From positions 3,149 through 67,148 of the forward strand of contig JAJRTN010000004.1 in the NCBI GenBank assembly GCA_024278275.1: 64,000 nucleotides of DNA, written 5' to 3'. Of this stretch, positions 18,898 to 30,456 are shown one piece after another. This DNA is from Candidatus Hydrogenedentota bacterium (lineage in GTDB: Bacteria > Hydrogenedentota > Hydrogenedentia > Hydrogenedentales > JAJRTN01). The stretch's first letter is position 1, and every line of letters begins with the position of its first letter. Both the position numbers and the translations under genes were made by a program. The notes beneath the pieces are model-generated. The model was not told the origin of the DNA. It worked only from the letters and a program-made list of their open reading frames with translations, and did not search any database.

Positions 18898-19461
18898 TCA
18901 ACCCCTTTTCCTGCGCCGATATACCACGAACATTTCGATAAAATCCGAGGGCTTCTTGCCCTTGTATTCACGGCGATTGAAAACGGTCACCAAATCCGCG
19001 TAATCCTGTTGATGTTCGGCATCGTCCGAATAGAGCTCGTACAGGGGGGCCGTAGGTACCCGGCCATCGCGGTGGCGCGGACATCCCACGTCTTTATGAA
19101 GCGTAAACCCCTTGAACGTGCCCGCCCGGTTTTCCTGCAGCTTAAAGGGATACAGGCGGCAGAGAAGGGGGCGGGCCTCATACACCGTGCAATGGCGCGT
19201 TTTCTTGTCGAGAAAATGGCAACCCTTTTTGCCCCGTTTGAGGGCCATGAGATAGCGTTCCCCCCCCACCTCAAGCCACGTCGGGTCATTCTCTTCCACC
19301 TCGGTAATCTCGTCGGGCCGGATGAACTCAAGAAACTTGTAGGGGTTGGCCGCCCTTTCCCGCACGATGCGTACCACGTCCCACGGCGTGGGCAGACAGA
19401 CCACATCGGTGCAACAGTGCCCGCAGTGATGACAACTGAATTTGACAATGCTTTTGCCCAT
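18898..19461 (-). CDS. YkgJ/UPF0153-family Cys-cluster (putative Fe-S/Zn) protein
   Basis: AAGGAG RBS then ATG 19461. Motifs CHHCGHCC and CHFLDKKTRHCTVYEARPLLCRLYPF. The longer tool ORF from 19848 has an implausible N-terminus. Confidence 0.7.
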   Translation of the reverse strand: MGKSIVKFSCHHCGHCCTDVVCLPTPWDVVRIVRERAANPYKFLEFIRPDEITEVEENDPTWLEVGGERYLMALKRGKKGCHFLDKKTRHCTVYEARPLLCRLYPFKLQENRAGTFKGFTLHKDVGCPRHRDGRVPTAPLYELYSDDAEHQQDYADLVTVFNRREYKGKKPSDFIEMFVVYRRRKRG

Positions 19462-19811
19462 GGGCACTCCTTGTATTTCCCATTCTTCAGGGGAGTTATA
19501 CACCACCCGGTGTCCCGGGTTCATCAGGCCGGGAGAACACGGGGCGTTCCCTTTTGGCCCGGGGCAACGGCTCATGATATACTGCGCGACCCGGTACGCG
19601 GTGGCTTCGGGCCACGTGGAGAGGCGTTTGCAACTGCGAGGGCTCTCGTGCGTGCCATCCGTGGGAACCGTGTACCCGGCTCCGTGACGCCGCGGCTCGG
19701 CAACGCACGGTGTAACGGAGTCATGGCGTGATCGCGGAGAATCATCTTTATCGCGAAGGGCGTCTTGCGGGCGTGGGGTGAGGTGTGCGCATCCCGGTCT
19801 AGGAGTCGGCA

Positions 19812-21224
19812 TTGGGCAAGCTGTATTGCGGTGTAGATTTCGGAACAACGAATTCCAGCGTGGCGGTATCCGATGGCCGGGGCGTCCGTGTACTGGCCCT
19901 GGACGAACACAACGACAGTCCGACCTCGCTTCCCTCGCTGGTTTATATCACCCGTGATAACGAGTGTATCGTGGGGCGCCTGGCCGCCGATGCCTTCATC
20001 GAGCGCAATGTTGATCGCGAGGTGATCCTCAAGCAGGTTGATCTCGGCGCGAGTATCGAGGCCTACGTGGGCGGCGAACTGGACAAGGAAGACGGCTATC
20101 GTCCGCCCGCACCCGGCCAGATGACGCGGGAAGCGGTGCGCGCACATGCCATTGTCGAAGTGAACGCGCCCGGACGGCTGTTTCAGTCGCTGAAGACCCT
20201 ACTTCGATACCGCCAGTTCCGTGGCACTGAGGTTTTCGGCACCCACTATCAGATCGAGGAGCTGGTGGCGTTTATCCTTGCGCGGATGAAGGCTGGCGTG
20301 GATGAGGCCGCGGGGGAATCCGTGGAGCGGGCCGTGTTTGGGCGGCCCGTGCGTTTTTCCGAGAATGACCGCGAAAACGAAACCGCGGAGCGCCGCCTTC
20401 GCGTGGCCGCCGAACTGGCGGGCTTCAAGGAAGTCACCTTTTTCTACGAACCCGTGGGGGCGTGCGTCGAGTATGCCATGAAGGCCGATTCCCGGCAGCG
20501 CCTGATGGTCGTGGACATTGGCGGCGGTACCTGCGACGTGTGCATCATGGAGTTCGGTGGCGCCCATGACACGAAGACGCGCCTGGCGGAGAGCCGGATT
20601 CTCGGCGTGGCCGGCGTGCCCGTCGCCGGAGACGCCATCGACCGCGAAACCATACGGCGAAAACTGTTCCCCATTTTCGGGAGCCGCGCGCGCTACGGTC
20701 CTTCCCAATTGGCCATGCCCCAGTCGCTCTACAACCAGATTCTCGATTGGCAGAACCTCTACAAGCTCAACAACGAAGAAACCATTCATTGGCTTTGCGC
20801 GGCCGAGACCTCCTCGGATCAGCCCGAAGGGATACGGCGGTTGCGCGGGTTGATTCAGCGCAACTATGGCTATGTGGTTGCCCGGGAGGTGGAAGCGGCC
20901 AAGAAACGCCTTTCGAGCGCCCTTGAAACCCGGATCCAGCTCGAACACGAAGATGTACGGATTGACGAACGGATTGAGCGGGAGGAGTTTTCCCACATCA
21001 TTGAAATCCTCCTTGATCGCATGCTCAAGAGCATTGAGGAGGCCGAAGCGCGCGCCGGCGTCAAGCCGGGCGATATCGACCTGGTGTTGACCACGGGCGG
21101 AACAAGCCTTATTCCCGCCATACGGACCATGCTCGAACAGCGATACGACCCCGGCCGGATCCGCCGGCGCGACACCTTTACCAGTGTCGCCACCGGCCTG
21201 GCCATTGTCGCCCAATACGCCTGA
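19812..21224 (+). CDS. Hsp70-family protein lacking the canonical substrate-binding/lid region (YegD-like NBD protein)
   Basis: N-terminus GVDFGTTNSSVAV (phosphate-1 loop), DIGGGTCDV, TGGTSLIPAIR. 470 aa, shorter than the roughly 600-aa DnaK. Confidence 0.75.
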   Translation: MGKLYCGVDFGTTNSSVAVSDGRGVRVLALDEHNDSPTSLPSLVYITRDNECIVGRLAADAFIERNVDREVILKQVDLGASIEAYVGGELDKEDGYRPPAPGQMTREAVRAHAIVEVNAPGRLFQSLKTLLRYRQFRGTEVFGTHYQIEELVAFILARMKAGVDEAAGESVERAVFGRPVRFSENDRENETAERRLRVAAELAGFKEVTFFYEPVGACVEYAMKADSRQRLMVVDIGGGTCDVCIMEFGGAHDTKTRLAESRILGVAGVPVAGDAIDRETIRRKLFPIFGSRARYGPSQLAMPQSLYNQILDWQNLYKLNNEETIHWLCAAETSSDQPEGIRRLRGLIQRNYGYVVAREVEAAKKRLSSALETRIQLEHEDVRIDERIEREEFSHIIEILLDRMLKSIEEAEARAGVKPGDIDLVLTTGGTSLIPAIRTMLEQRYDPGRIRRRDTFTSVATGLAIVAQYA

Positions 21225-21326
21225 TCCGGGTAAGAAAGCCTTGCCGGTAGCGCCGTTGACATGTCACGGAAACGGATTACGGCACGCTTGAAGCGTGTAC
21301 CGCCTTTTTCGAGATTGCGAGGGATC

Positions 21327-21560
21327 ATGCCGCGAACGCGGAAAGAGTCGCCCCTTTCGGCCTTGCGCGCCTTGGGACTGGTGAGTGCCCTGGGCGCCAT
21401 GGTCGCCGTTTGCACGGTGGGCGGCACGCTGGTGGGGCTGTGGCTCGACGGGAAGGCCGGCACCGGCGGGTTTGTGGTGGTGGGCGTGTTCGCCGGCCTG
21501 GCGGCGGGAATCTATGGCGCCTACAGGCTTCTCGCGCGGGAATTACCATGGAACCAGTGA
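21327..21560 (+). CDS. atpZ: AtpZ/ATPase_gene1-family small membrane protein
   Basis: About 77 aa, two TM helices, pattern ALGLVSALG...GGTLVGLWLDGKAGTGGFVVVGVFAGLAAGIYGAYRLL typical of AtpZ, upstream of the atp operon. Confidence 0.7.
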   Translation: MPRTRKESPLSALRALGLVSALGAMVAVCTVGGTLVGLWLDGKAGTGGFVVVGVFAGLAAGIYGAYRLLARELPWNQ

Positions 21561-21928
21561 GACGATTTCGAATCATGGCCGTGCGTCTTTCCATCGCCAT
21601 TACCCTGGCGGCGGGCGCGATAGCCTTTCCTTTCGACCGCGTGGTGGCGCACGCGATCCTCTTATGCGGTCTTGGCGGCATTCTGGGTTTCTGGATTATG
21701 GCGTTGCGGATCGAAAAACTTGCATCGGTGTCCGGCGATAAGGTACATTCCTTGTCATTCAAGTGGGCTTTCCTTCGATATGTTATCTACGCGGCGGTTC
21801 TCGGCAGGGCGTTCACCCTTGACCGTGAGTCAATCAAGGGAATTCTTGCCGGTGTCGGCGGCTTGCTGATTATCCAGGCGGTGGTGGTGTTCCTTGGTTT
21901 GACCGGGTTGGATCGCCGTGTGACGTAA
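21548..21928 (+). CDS. atpI: ATP synthase protein I (AtpI-like) membrane protein
   Basis: 126 aa, four predicted TM segments, immediately upstream of atpB. ATG at 21548 overlaps the atpZ end. Confidence 0.5.
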   Translation: MEPVRRFRIMAVRLSIAITLAAGAIAFPFDRVVAHAILLCGLGGILGFWIMALRIEKLASVSGDKVHSLSFKWAFLRYVIYAAVLGRAFTLDRESIKGILAGVGGLLIIQAVVVFLGLTGLDRRVT

Positions 21929-21929
21929 C

Positions 21930-22718
21930 GTGACACGGAAGGGGAAAAAAAGTAGCGCCATGGAACGTATTGGCGAACGCCTTATCTGTCATTATTTGCC
22001 CTTCACCGACGTTGAGATTCCCCTCGGCGGTCTCAATGTGTTAACCGTTTTTAACACCTTGGTGGTCATGGTAATACTGTTGGGGTTGTCCCGGTGGGCC
22101 GTGCGCCGCTTCGCCCTGGTGCCCGGCCGCGGGCAGTGTGCCGTCGAACTTTTTGTCAGCGGCTTCGACAACCTGGTGACCAGTTCGCTGGAACTCGAAA
22201 CGAAACAGGCCAATCGCCGTTTCTTTGTGCTCATCGGGGCGTTGTTTCTTTTCCTCGTGCTCTGCAATTTCATGGGTTTCCTGCCGACCCACTATTTCGA
22301 GGAGCCCACGGCCGACATCAACTGTACCCTGGGCTTGGGTATCATGGGCATGGTCATCGCCACGTTCTGCGGCATGAAGGCGAAAGGGGTCTGGGGTTTC
22401 ATAGAAGAACTTTTCGGCCCCCTCTGGTCCCAGGAAGGCGCGAAGGGGGGAGCGCTGGTGGCGGGGAAACTTTCCGTTCTCTTTTTCTTTCCCTTGAACG
22501 TAGTGGGTGAACTGGCCAAGATTGTTTCCATATCGTTCCGTCTTTTCGGCAACATTATCGGCGGCGGCATCATTATCGTGGTGGTGTCCCAGTTGGTTTG
22601 GAACTTCAGTTGGCTTTCCATCGGTCTCGACGGCTTCTTCATCTTCTTCGTCGGCACCGTGCAGGCATTCGTGTTTACCATGCTGACCTTGACCTACATC
22701 GCGGTGGCCATTAAGTAG
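21930..22718 (+). CDS. atpB: F0 sector subunit a
   Basis: Conserved stator arginine motif FRLFGNIIGGG. Multi-TM. 262 aa (the start may instead be the internal MERIGERL). Confidence 0.85.
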   Translation: MTRKGKKSSAMERIGERLICHYLPFTDVEIPLGGLNVLTVFNTLVVMVILLGLSRWAVRRFALVPGRGQCAVELFVSGFDNLVTSSLELETKQANRRFFVLIGALFLFLVLCNFMGFLPTHYFEEPTADINCTLGLGIMGMVIATFCGMKAKGVWGFIEELFGPLWSQEGAKGGALVAGKLSVLFFFPLNVVGELAKIVSISFRLFGNIIGGGIIIVVVSQLVWNFSWLSIGLDGFFIFFVGTVQAFVFTMLTLTYIAVAIK

Positions 22719-22741
22719 GCGGGCCGCATTCAGAGGCGACA

Positions 22742-23719
22742 TTGTTCGAGTTTGAACCACATACTTGGGAGCTGCTGGGCCGGTATCTCGGCGCGGGCAT
22801 TGCCTTGGGTTTCGGCGGCATCGGCGCGGCCATCGGCATGGGCAACGCCGCGGCGCAGGCCAGCCACGGGATGATGCGTCAACCCGCCGTGCAGGGCGAG
22901 ATGCTGCGGACCATGCTTATCGGTCAGGCCGTGGGGAGCAGTCCCTCCATCTTCGCCCTGGTATTGGGCCTCATCATTCTTTTTGTTCCGGCGCAGGTGG
23001 TGGTGGGGGGAAGCTTCTGCGCCGCGCTGGTGGGCGGCGGACTGGCCATCGGCTTTGGCGCCCTGGGCAGCGGTCTGGGCTGCGGCTGGCCGGCCGGCCA
23101 TGCCTGCGACGGGGTCGCCCGTAACCCCGGCAACAGCAGCAACGTGACGCAGTCCATGATTATCGGTCAGGCCGTGGCGCAGTCGCCCAGCATTTTCGCC
23201 TTGGTGATAGGACTTATTCTCGTGTTCCGGCAGTCCCCCGGCACCGACGCGCTGGCCATGGGCATCGCCCTGGGCGCCGGTCTCTCCATCGGGGTGAGCG
23301 CTTTGGGCTCCGGAATCGGATCGGGACGCACTGCGGGGGGCGCGGTGGATGGCATCAGTTGCTGGCCCCAGTCCTACGGCACCACCCTGCGCACCATGCT
23401 GGTGGGCCAGGCGGTATGTGAAACCCCCGCCATTTTTGGCATGCTCGTGGCCTTCATCATGATGTTTGCCCTGCAGGACATGGACACGGGCCTCATTGGC
23501 TTCGCCAAGGTCTTCGGTGCGGCCGTGGCCGTGGGATTCGGGGGAATCGGCCCCGGCATCGGCAGTGGATTGGCCGCGGGAAGCGGCTGCGCCGCCACCG
23601 CGGCAAAGCCCCGCCACGACACGTTGATTCTGCGCACCATGCTTATCGGGCAGGCCGTGTCCCAATCCACGGCGATTTATGCCTTGATCATTTCCCTGAC
23701 CTTGCTTTACGTTTTGTAA
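22742..23719 (+). CDS. atpE: F0 subunit c, four fused hairpins (8 TM helices); only hairpin 3 retains the ion-binding Glu
   Basis: Four tandem c-subunit repeats, each with a GQAV helix-2 motif: AVGSSPSIF, AVAQSPSIF, AVCETPAIF, AVSQSTAIY. The canonical Glu becomes Ser, Gln, Glu, Gln. TTG start with an AGAGG RBS. The repeats have diverged (not identical). Confidence 0.8.
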   Translation: MFEFEPHTWELLGRYLGAGIALGFGGIGAAIGMGNAAAQASHGMMRQPAVQGEMLRTMLIGQAVGSSPSIFALVLGLIILFVPAQVVVGGSFCAALVGGGLAIGFGALGSGLGCGWPAGHACDGVARNPGNSSNVTQSMIIGQAVAQSPSIFALVIGLILVFRQSPGTDALAMGIALGAGLSIGVSALGSGIGSGRTAGGAVDGISCWPQSYGTTLRTMLVGQAVCETPAIFGMLVAFIMMFALQDMDTGLIGFAKVFGAAVAVGFGGIGPGIGSGLAAGSGCAATAAKPRHDTLILRTMLIGQAVSQSTAIYALIISLTLLYVL

Positions 23720-23850
23720 ACGCCTCCGCGTGTTGCGGAGCTTCAATGAGTGGATCGGTTGAAAGTGTGCCGCGTTAAGCGGCCAATACGACGCCTCATG
23801 GCGCGGGTGAAAAAGCACCCCGCGGGGCGCACGCGAAAGGATGAAATGGC

Positions 23851-24174
23851 ATGGACGTGACCACGCTTATTTCGGTGGTTGACACGGTCGTGAGCCAGCC
23901 CGCGGGGATGGTGGCCGATGCGGGCATCAGCGGCAAGGACGTTATCGAGGCCGGCGCGCTTATCGGCGCGGGCATCTGCATGGGCTTTGGCGCCATCGGC
24001 CCCGGCATCGGCGAGGGTTTTGCCGCGGGCAAGGCCTGCGAGGCCATTGGCCGCGCGCCCCAGGAAGCCGGTTTGTTGACCCGTACCATGCTCATCGGCC
24101 AGGCCGTTTCCGAGTCGACCGGTATCTACTCGCTCGTTGTGGCGCTGCTGATGCTTTTCGTCGTGGGCGCGTAA
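23851..24174 (+). CDS. atpE: F0 subunit c (single hairpin, Na+-type signature with two carboxylates)
   Basis: GIGEGFAAGKACEAIGRAPQEAG...MLIGQAVSESTGIYSLVVALLMLF closely matches the I. tartaricus/F. nucleatum Na+-binding c subunits (E in helix 1, E-S-T plus Y in helix 2). Confidence 0.85.
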   Translation: MDVTTLISVVDTVVSQPAGMVADAGISGKDVIEAGALIGAGICMGFGAIGPGIGEGFAAGKACEAIGRAPQEAGLLTRTMLIGQAVSESTGIYSLVVALLMLFVVGA

Positions 24175-24194
24175 GCGCGGAGATTGCCTGAAGC

Positions 24195-24626
24195 ATGGTC
24201 ACCATCAACCTGACATTGTTCATCGAGGTGGGCCTGTTCCTCGTCTTCCTTTGGGCGATGAACCGCCTTGTGTTTCGTCCGCTGTTGAACGTCATGGACG
24301 GTCGCGATGAAAAACGCTCGGGTGATCTCCAGGTGGCCCGGGAAGCCGGCGCCGAGGCGGATCAACTGGAGAAGCAGTACGCCTCGGAATCCGTCCGAAT
24401 TCACCACGAAGCCAGCCGCGAGGTGGTACGCGCGCACCGGCAGGCACAGGAAGCCCACTTTCAGCGGCTTGCCGAACTGAAACAGCGGGGCGAGGAAGAG
24501 CTTAACGCGGTGCAACGGGAGGTTTCGGAGGCCATGGCCCTGGAGCGGAAAAACTACGAAGCCCTGGCGGTGGAACTTGCCGAGGCCATGGCGGAACAGC
24601 TTGCCGGGAAAGGGAATGCCGCTTGA
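24195..24626 (+). CDS. atpF: F0 subunit b
   Basis: Single N-terminal TM followed by a long charged helix. Position in the operon. Confidence 0.75.
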   Translation: MVTINLTLFIEVGLFLVFLWAMNRLVFRPLLNVMDGRDEKRSGDLQVAREAGAEADQLEKQYASESVRIHHEASREVVRAHRQAQEAHFQRLAELKQRGEEELNAVQREVSEAMALERKNYEALAVELAEAMAEQLAGKGNAA

Positions 24627-25396
24627 GCCCCGCGAAGAAATTCCTAATAATCTTTTTCGGTGTCGCCCTCGTGATCTGGATCGGGGCGAACGTGGCGTTG
24701 GGTCCGCCGGGCTATAGCCGCGCGTACCTTGACCAGTATCAAAACGAGCACGAACACTATCTTGAGATTATCAAGAGCAGTTACTACAAGCTCTATTCCG
24801 AAAGGCCCCACCTGCACCCCGTGGATGGCAAGGACGCGCCGCAGGGCTTTGCCCACCAGGTGGATTTCGTAAAAAAATATGAAGGCCGCGAGGCCTTCAT
24901 CCAGGAGCAGCACCGCAGGCATCTTTACGAGCTTTTTTTCGAGTTCTTCAACACGGGTCTCGTGGTGGTGCTCATCTGGCGCTTTGGTCGCAAGCCCCTT
25001 TTGAACCTGCTTGACAGCCGAATCGCGGATTTGCGCGAGCGGATTGAATCGGCCGCCCAGGCCCGCAAGGCCGCCGAGGATCGGCGCCGCAAAGCGGAGA
25101 TGCAGATTTCCCAGATTGCCGAGGAGAAGGCGCGCGTGGCCGAAGAGACCCGCGAACGCATTCAACGGGAACTCGGCCAACTGGAGGAAGCCAACGAACT
25201 GAGCCTGAAACTCATGGGCGAGGAACTGGCCGACCGGAAGGACCGGATCTACCAGAATGCCAGGGTGCAGGTGAAGGAAGAGCTTGTGAAACGGGCCATC
25301 GCCAGGGTGGAGGCCGATTATCGCGAACGGTGGGATTCGGCACGGGAAGCGGCCCAGTTCGAGCAATTCATCGAAGGCGTGGAGAAGGGCGCATGA
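24623..25396 (+). CDS. atpF: F0 subunit b' with an approximately 100-aa N-terminal extension containing an extra TM helix
   Basis: Second TM (TGLVVVLIWRFGRKPLL) followed by a b-type coiled coil. Additional N-terminal TM (FLIIFFGVALVIWIGANVALG). Overlaps atpF by 4 nt. Confidence 0.65.
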   Translation: MSPAKKFLIIFFGVALVIWIGANVALGPPGYSRAYLDQYQNEHEHYLEIIKSSYYKLYSERPHLHPVDGKDAPQGFAHQVDFVKKYEGREAFIQEQHRRHLYELFFEFFNTGLVVVLIWRFGRKPLLNLLDSRIADLRERIESAAQARKAAEDRRRKAEMQISQIAEEKARVAEETRERIQRELGQLEEANELSLKLMGEELADRKDRIYQNARVQVKEELVKRAIARVEADYRERWDSAREAAQFEQFIEGVEKGA

Positions 25397-25938
25397 AGGA
25401 TTATCTCATCGCCGAACGATATGCCCGCGGGCTGAGCGAATCCCTTTCGGACCGGGAATCGCTTGAACCCATGGCGGAGGCGCTCGCCGCCCTGGGCGCT
25501 TTGTATGAAGAAAGCCATGACTTGCGCAGCGTTCTCTCGAATCCCGCCATTGATGTTGCCCGCCGTGTTGATGTGCTGAGGCAGGTCTGCGACGGTATGG
25601 GAACGCCTTCCGTCGTGTTTCGGCTCGCGGAACTCATGGTACGGCGGGGGCGGATTACGCTTATGGCCAACGTGGCGGCGATTTTTTCGGAATTGGCCGA
25701 TGAACGGTTGAACCGAATCACGGCGCGTGTTACTTCCGCGGCGCCTCTTGACGAGCCCCGTCGGAGCCGCATTTGCGAGGCCCTTCGGAAGCATACGGAC
25801 AAGCAGGTGCGGCTGGATTGCCGCGAGGACAAGGAATTGCTGGGCGGCGTACACGTTCAGCTTGGCGACCGCGTGTATGACGGAAGCCTCAAAACGCGGC
25901 TCAAGAATATGAAGGATGCCTTGCTGGCCGAGGGATAA
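25393..25938 (+). CDS. atpH: F1 subunit delta (OSCP)
   Basis: ATGA overlap with the b' stop. MKDYLIAERYARGL N-terminus typical of delta. 181 aa. Confidence 0.8.
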   Translation: MKDYLIAERYARGLSESLSDRESLEPMAEALAALGALYEESHDLRSVLSNPAIDVARRVDVLRQVCDGMGTPSVVFRLAELMVRRGRITLMANVAAIFSELADERLNRITARVTSAAPLDEPRRSRICEALRKHTDKQVRLDCREDKELLGGVHVQLGDRVYDGSLKTRLKNMKDALLAEG

Positions 25939-26054
25939 GAAGTCCCTTTGCGCCTCCGCATAGGACCAACGGACACGGCAGGGGATGCGCTTTCCCGCGC
26001 GGGAAGCGCGGATAATGCCGCAGCGATGGCCGTTCTCCAGGGAGAAGTGAACGC

Positions 26055-27587
26055 ATGAAGATCCAGGCAACGGAAATCACGGAAATCATCAAGCGGCAGA
26101 TCGCCGATTACGAATCCACCGTGGAGATCGCCGAAGTCGGCACGGTGATTCAGGCCGGCGACGGCATCGCCCGGGTATTCGGTCTTGAGAAGGCCATGGC
26201 CGGCGAGTTGCTTGATTTCCCTGGCGGCGTGACGGGCATGGTCCTCAACCTCGAAGAGGACAACGTCGGCGCGGTTCTCTTTGGGGAATACGAGAAGATC
26301 GCCGAGGGCGACACGGTCAAGCGCACCGGGCGCATTGCCTCGGTGCCCGTGGGCGACGCGCTTATTGGCCGCGTGGTCGATGCCTTGGGGCAGCCGGTTG
26401 ACGGGCGTGGCGCGATTGACACAAACGAGTTCAACCCGGTCGAACGCATTGCTCCCGGGATCGTCGACCGCCAGCCCGTGTGCGAGCCCCTGCAAACCGG
26501 CTTGAAGGCCATCGATTCCATGACCGCCATCGGCCGGGGCCAGCGTGAGCTCATCATCGGCGACCGCCAGACCGGCAAGACGGCCATCGCCCTCGACACC
26601 ATTATCAACCAGCGCGGCGGCGACGTTATCTGCATCTACGTGGCTATCGGGCAGAAGCGGTCCACCGTGGCCCGCGTCGTGGAGGAGCTCAAGGAAAACG
26701 GCGCCATGGATTACACCATCGTGGTGTCCGCCACCGCCTCCGAAACCGCCCCACTCCAGTACCTGGCGCCCTTCGCCGGGGCGGCCATGGGAGAATACTT
26801 CCGGGACGCGGGCAAGCATGTGTGTATCGTCTACGACGATCTGTCCAAGCATGCCGTGGCGTATCGTCAGCTTTCGCTGCTGCTGCGCCGTCCGCCGGGC
26901 CGTGAAGCCTATCCCGGCGATGTGTTCTACCTGCACTCCCGCTTGCTGGAGCGCGCGGCGAAACTGAGCGACGAACGGGGAGGCGGCAGCCTGACCGCCC
27001 TGCCCATTATCGAGACCCAGGCCGGCGACGTGTCCGCTTATATTCCGACGAACGTCATCTCCATCACGGACGGCCAGATCTTCCTGGAAGCCAACCTCTT
27101 CTACTCGGGCGTGCGGCCGGCCATCAACCCCGGCATCAGCGTTTCCCGCGTGGGCGGCGCGGCCCAGAACAAGGCCATGAAGAAGGTGCAGGGTTCGCTT
27201 CGCCTCGACTTGGCGCAGTATCGCGAACTGGAGGCCTTCGCACAATTTGGAAGCGACCTGGATAAAACGACCCAGGCCCAGCTTAATCGCGGTGCCCGGC
27301 TGGTTGAAATACTCAAGCAGCCTCAGTATAAGCCCCTTGCCGTGGAGTTCCAGATCCTGATTATCCATGCGGCGTCGAAAGGCAAGCTGGATGATGTGCC
27401 CGTGGCCGCCGTGGCGCGTTACGAGGAAGAGCTCTACGCCTATTTTGAATCGGAGGCCAAGGAAACGCTACAGGAACTTCGTGAAACCGGCGCCATGAGC
27501 GAGGAACTGACCGTGAAGATCGATGAGGCCATCGACCGTTTTACGGAACGTTTCATGATGCGAAGCCGCGAAGAGGCCACGCAGTAA
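26055..27587 (+). CDS. atpA: F1 subunit alpha
   Basis: Walker A GDRQTGKT. Highly conserved alpha-subunit sequence. 510 aa. Confidence 0.95.
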   Translation: MKIQATEITEIIKRQIADYESTVEIAEVGTVIQAGDGIARVFGLEKAMAGELLDFPGGVTGMVLNLEEDNVGAVLFGEYEKIAEGDTVKRTGRIASVPVGDALIGRVVDALGQPVDGRGAIDTNEFNPVERIAPGIVDRQPVCEPLQTGLKAIDSMTAIGRGQRELIIGDRQTGKTAIALDTIINQRGGDVICIYVAIGQKRSTVARVVEELKENGAMDYTIVVSATASETAPLQYLAPFAGAAMGEYFRDAGKHVCIVYDDLSKHAVAYRQLSLLLRRPPGREAYPGDVFYLHSRLLERAAKLSDERGGGSLTALPIIETQAGDVSAYIPTNVISITDGQIFLEANLFYSGVRPAINPGISVSRVGGAAQNKAMKKVQGSLRLDLAQYRELEAFAQFGSDLDKTTQAQLNRGARLVEILKQPQYKPLAVEFQILIIHAASKGKLDDVPVAAVARYEEELYAYFESEAKETLQELRETGAMSEELTVKIDEAIDRFTERFMMRSREEATQ

Positions 27588-27614
27588 CAGCGGCGGTACT
27601 GGAGAGCGTAAAGC

Positions 27615-29922
<2,308 letters not shown>

Positions 29923-29925
29923 ACC

Positions 29926-30342
29926 GTGGCCGAAGGCACCATCACTGTCGAGTTGTACGGACCAGAACGCGACCCGGTTCGCTTCGAGGTTCACGAAGCC
30001 GTGTTCCCGGGCGGCGGCGGCGTTTTCACCGTCCAACCGGGCCATACCAGTCTTTTGACCACGCTTCTCGCGGGGGTTGTGATCCTGAGAACCCGGGAAG
30101 GCGACGATCAGTATTTTGCCATCAGTGACGGTTTCGCCGAAGTCCGCGATGACCATGTTCGCGTTCTAAGCAGCGTTTTTGAATCAGGGCAAGATGTGGA
30201 CGTGGCCCGTGCCGAGGCCGCCCGCGAGCGTGCCGAGAGCCGTCTGCGAAAACCCGATGAAGATCTGGATCTCGCCCGTGCCGAAATGGCCATTCACCGG
30301 GCCCTGGCGCGAATCCAGGCCAGCAAGCGGCAGGATTATTAG
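29926..30342 (+). CDS. atpC: F1 subunit epsilon
   Basis: 138 aa, GTG start 4 nt after the atpD stop. Epsilon-like beta-sandwich plus C-terminal helices. Confidence 0.8.
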   Translation: MAEGTITVELYGPERDPVRFEVHEAVFPGGGGVFTVQPGHTSLLTTLLAGVVILRTREGDDQYFAISDGFAEVRDDHVRVLSSVFESGQDVDVARAEAARERAESRLRKPDEDLDLARAEMAIHRALARIQASKRQDY

Positions 30343-30456
30343 TCCGACAAGGCGCGCGAGGGGGGAAGGTTGCGACGGTGCCCATGAAAGCGCATTGGTG
30401 TTCTTATGGTAACGACAGAACACCTTTGAAACAGGGGCGTTCCTCGCCGTGAACGG

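Noticed and set aside
19462-19811. 350-nt GC-rich spacer between ykgJ and the hsp70-like gene as a possible ncRNA.
   Set aside because: No hairpin/terminator or conserved motif recognisable by eye; most simply it is a divergent promoter region.
22742-23719. Four-fold c-subunit gene as an assembly artefact (collapsed or duplicated tandem atpE copies).
   Set aside because: The four repeats are substantially diverged from each other (different residues at the carboxylate position, different loop lengths) and are joined without stop codons or RBSs, which is not what mis-assembled identical copies would look like. Coverage should still be checked.
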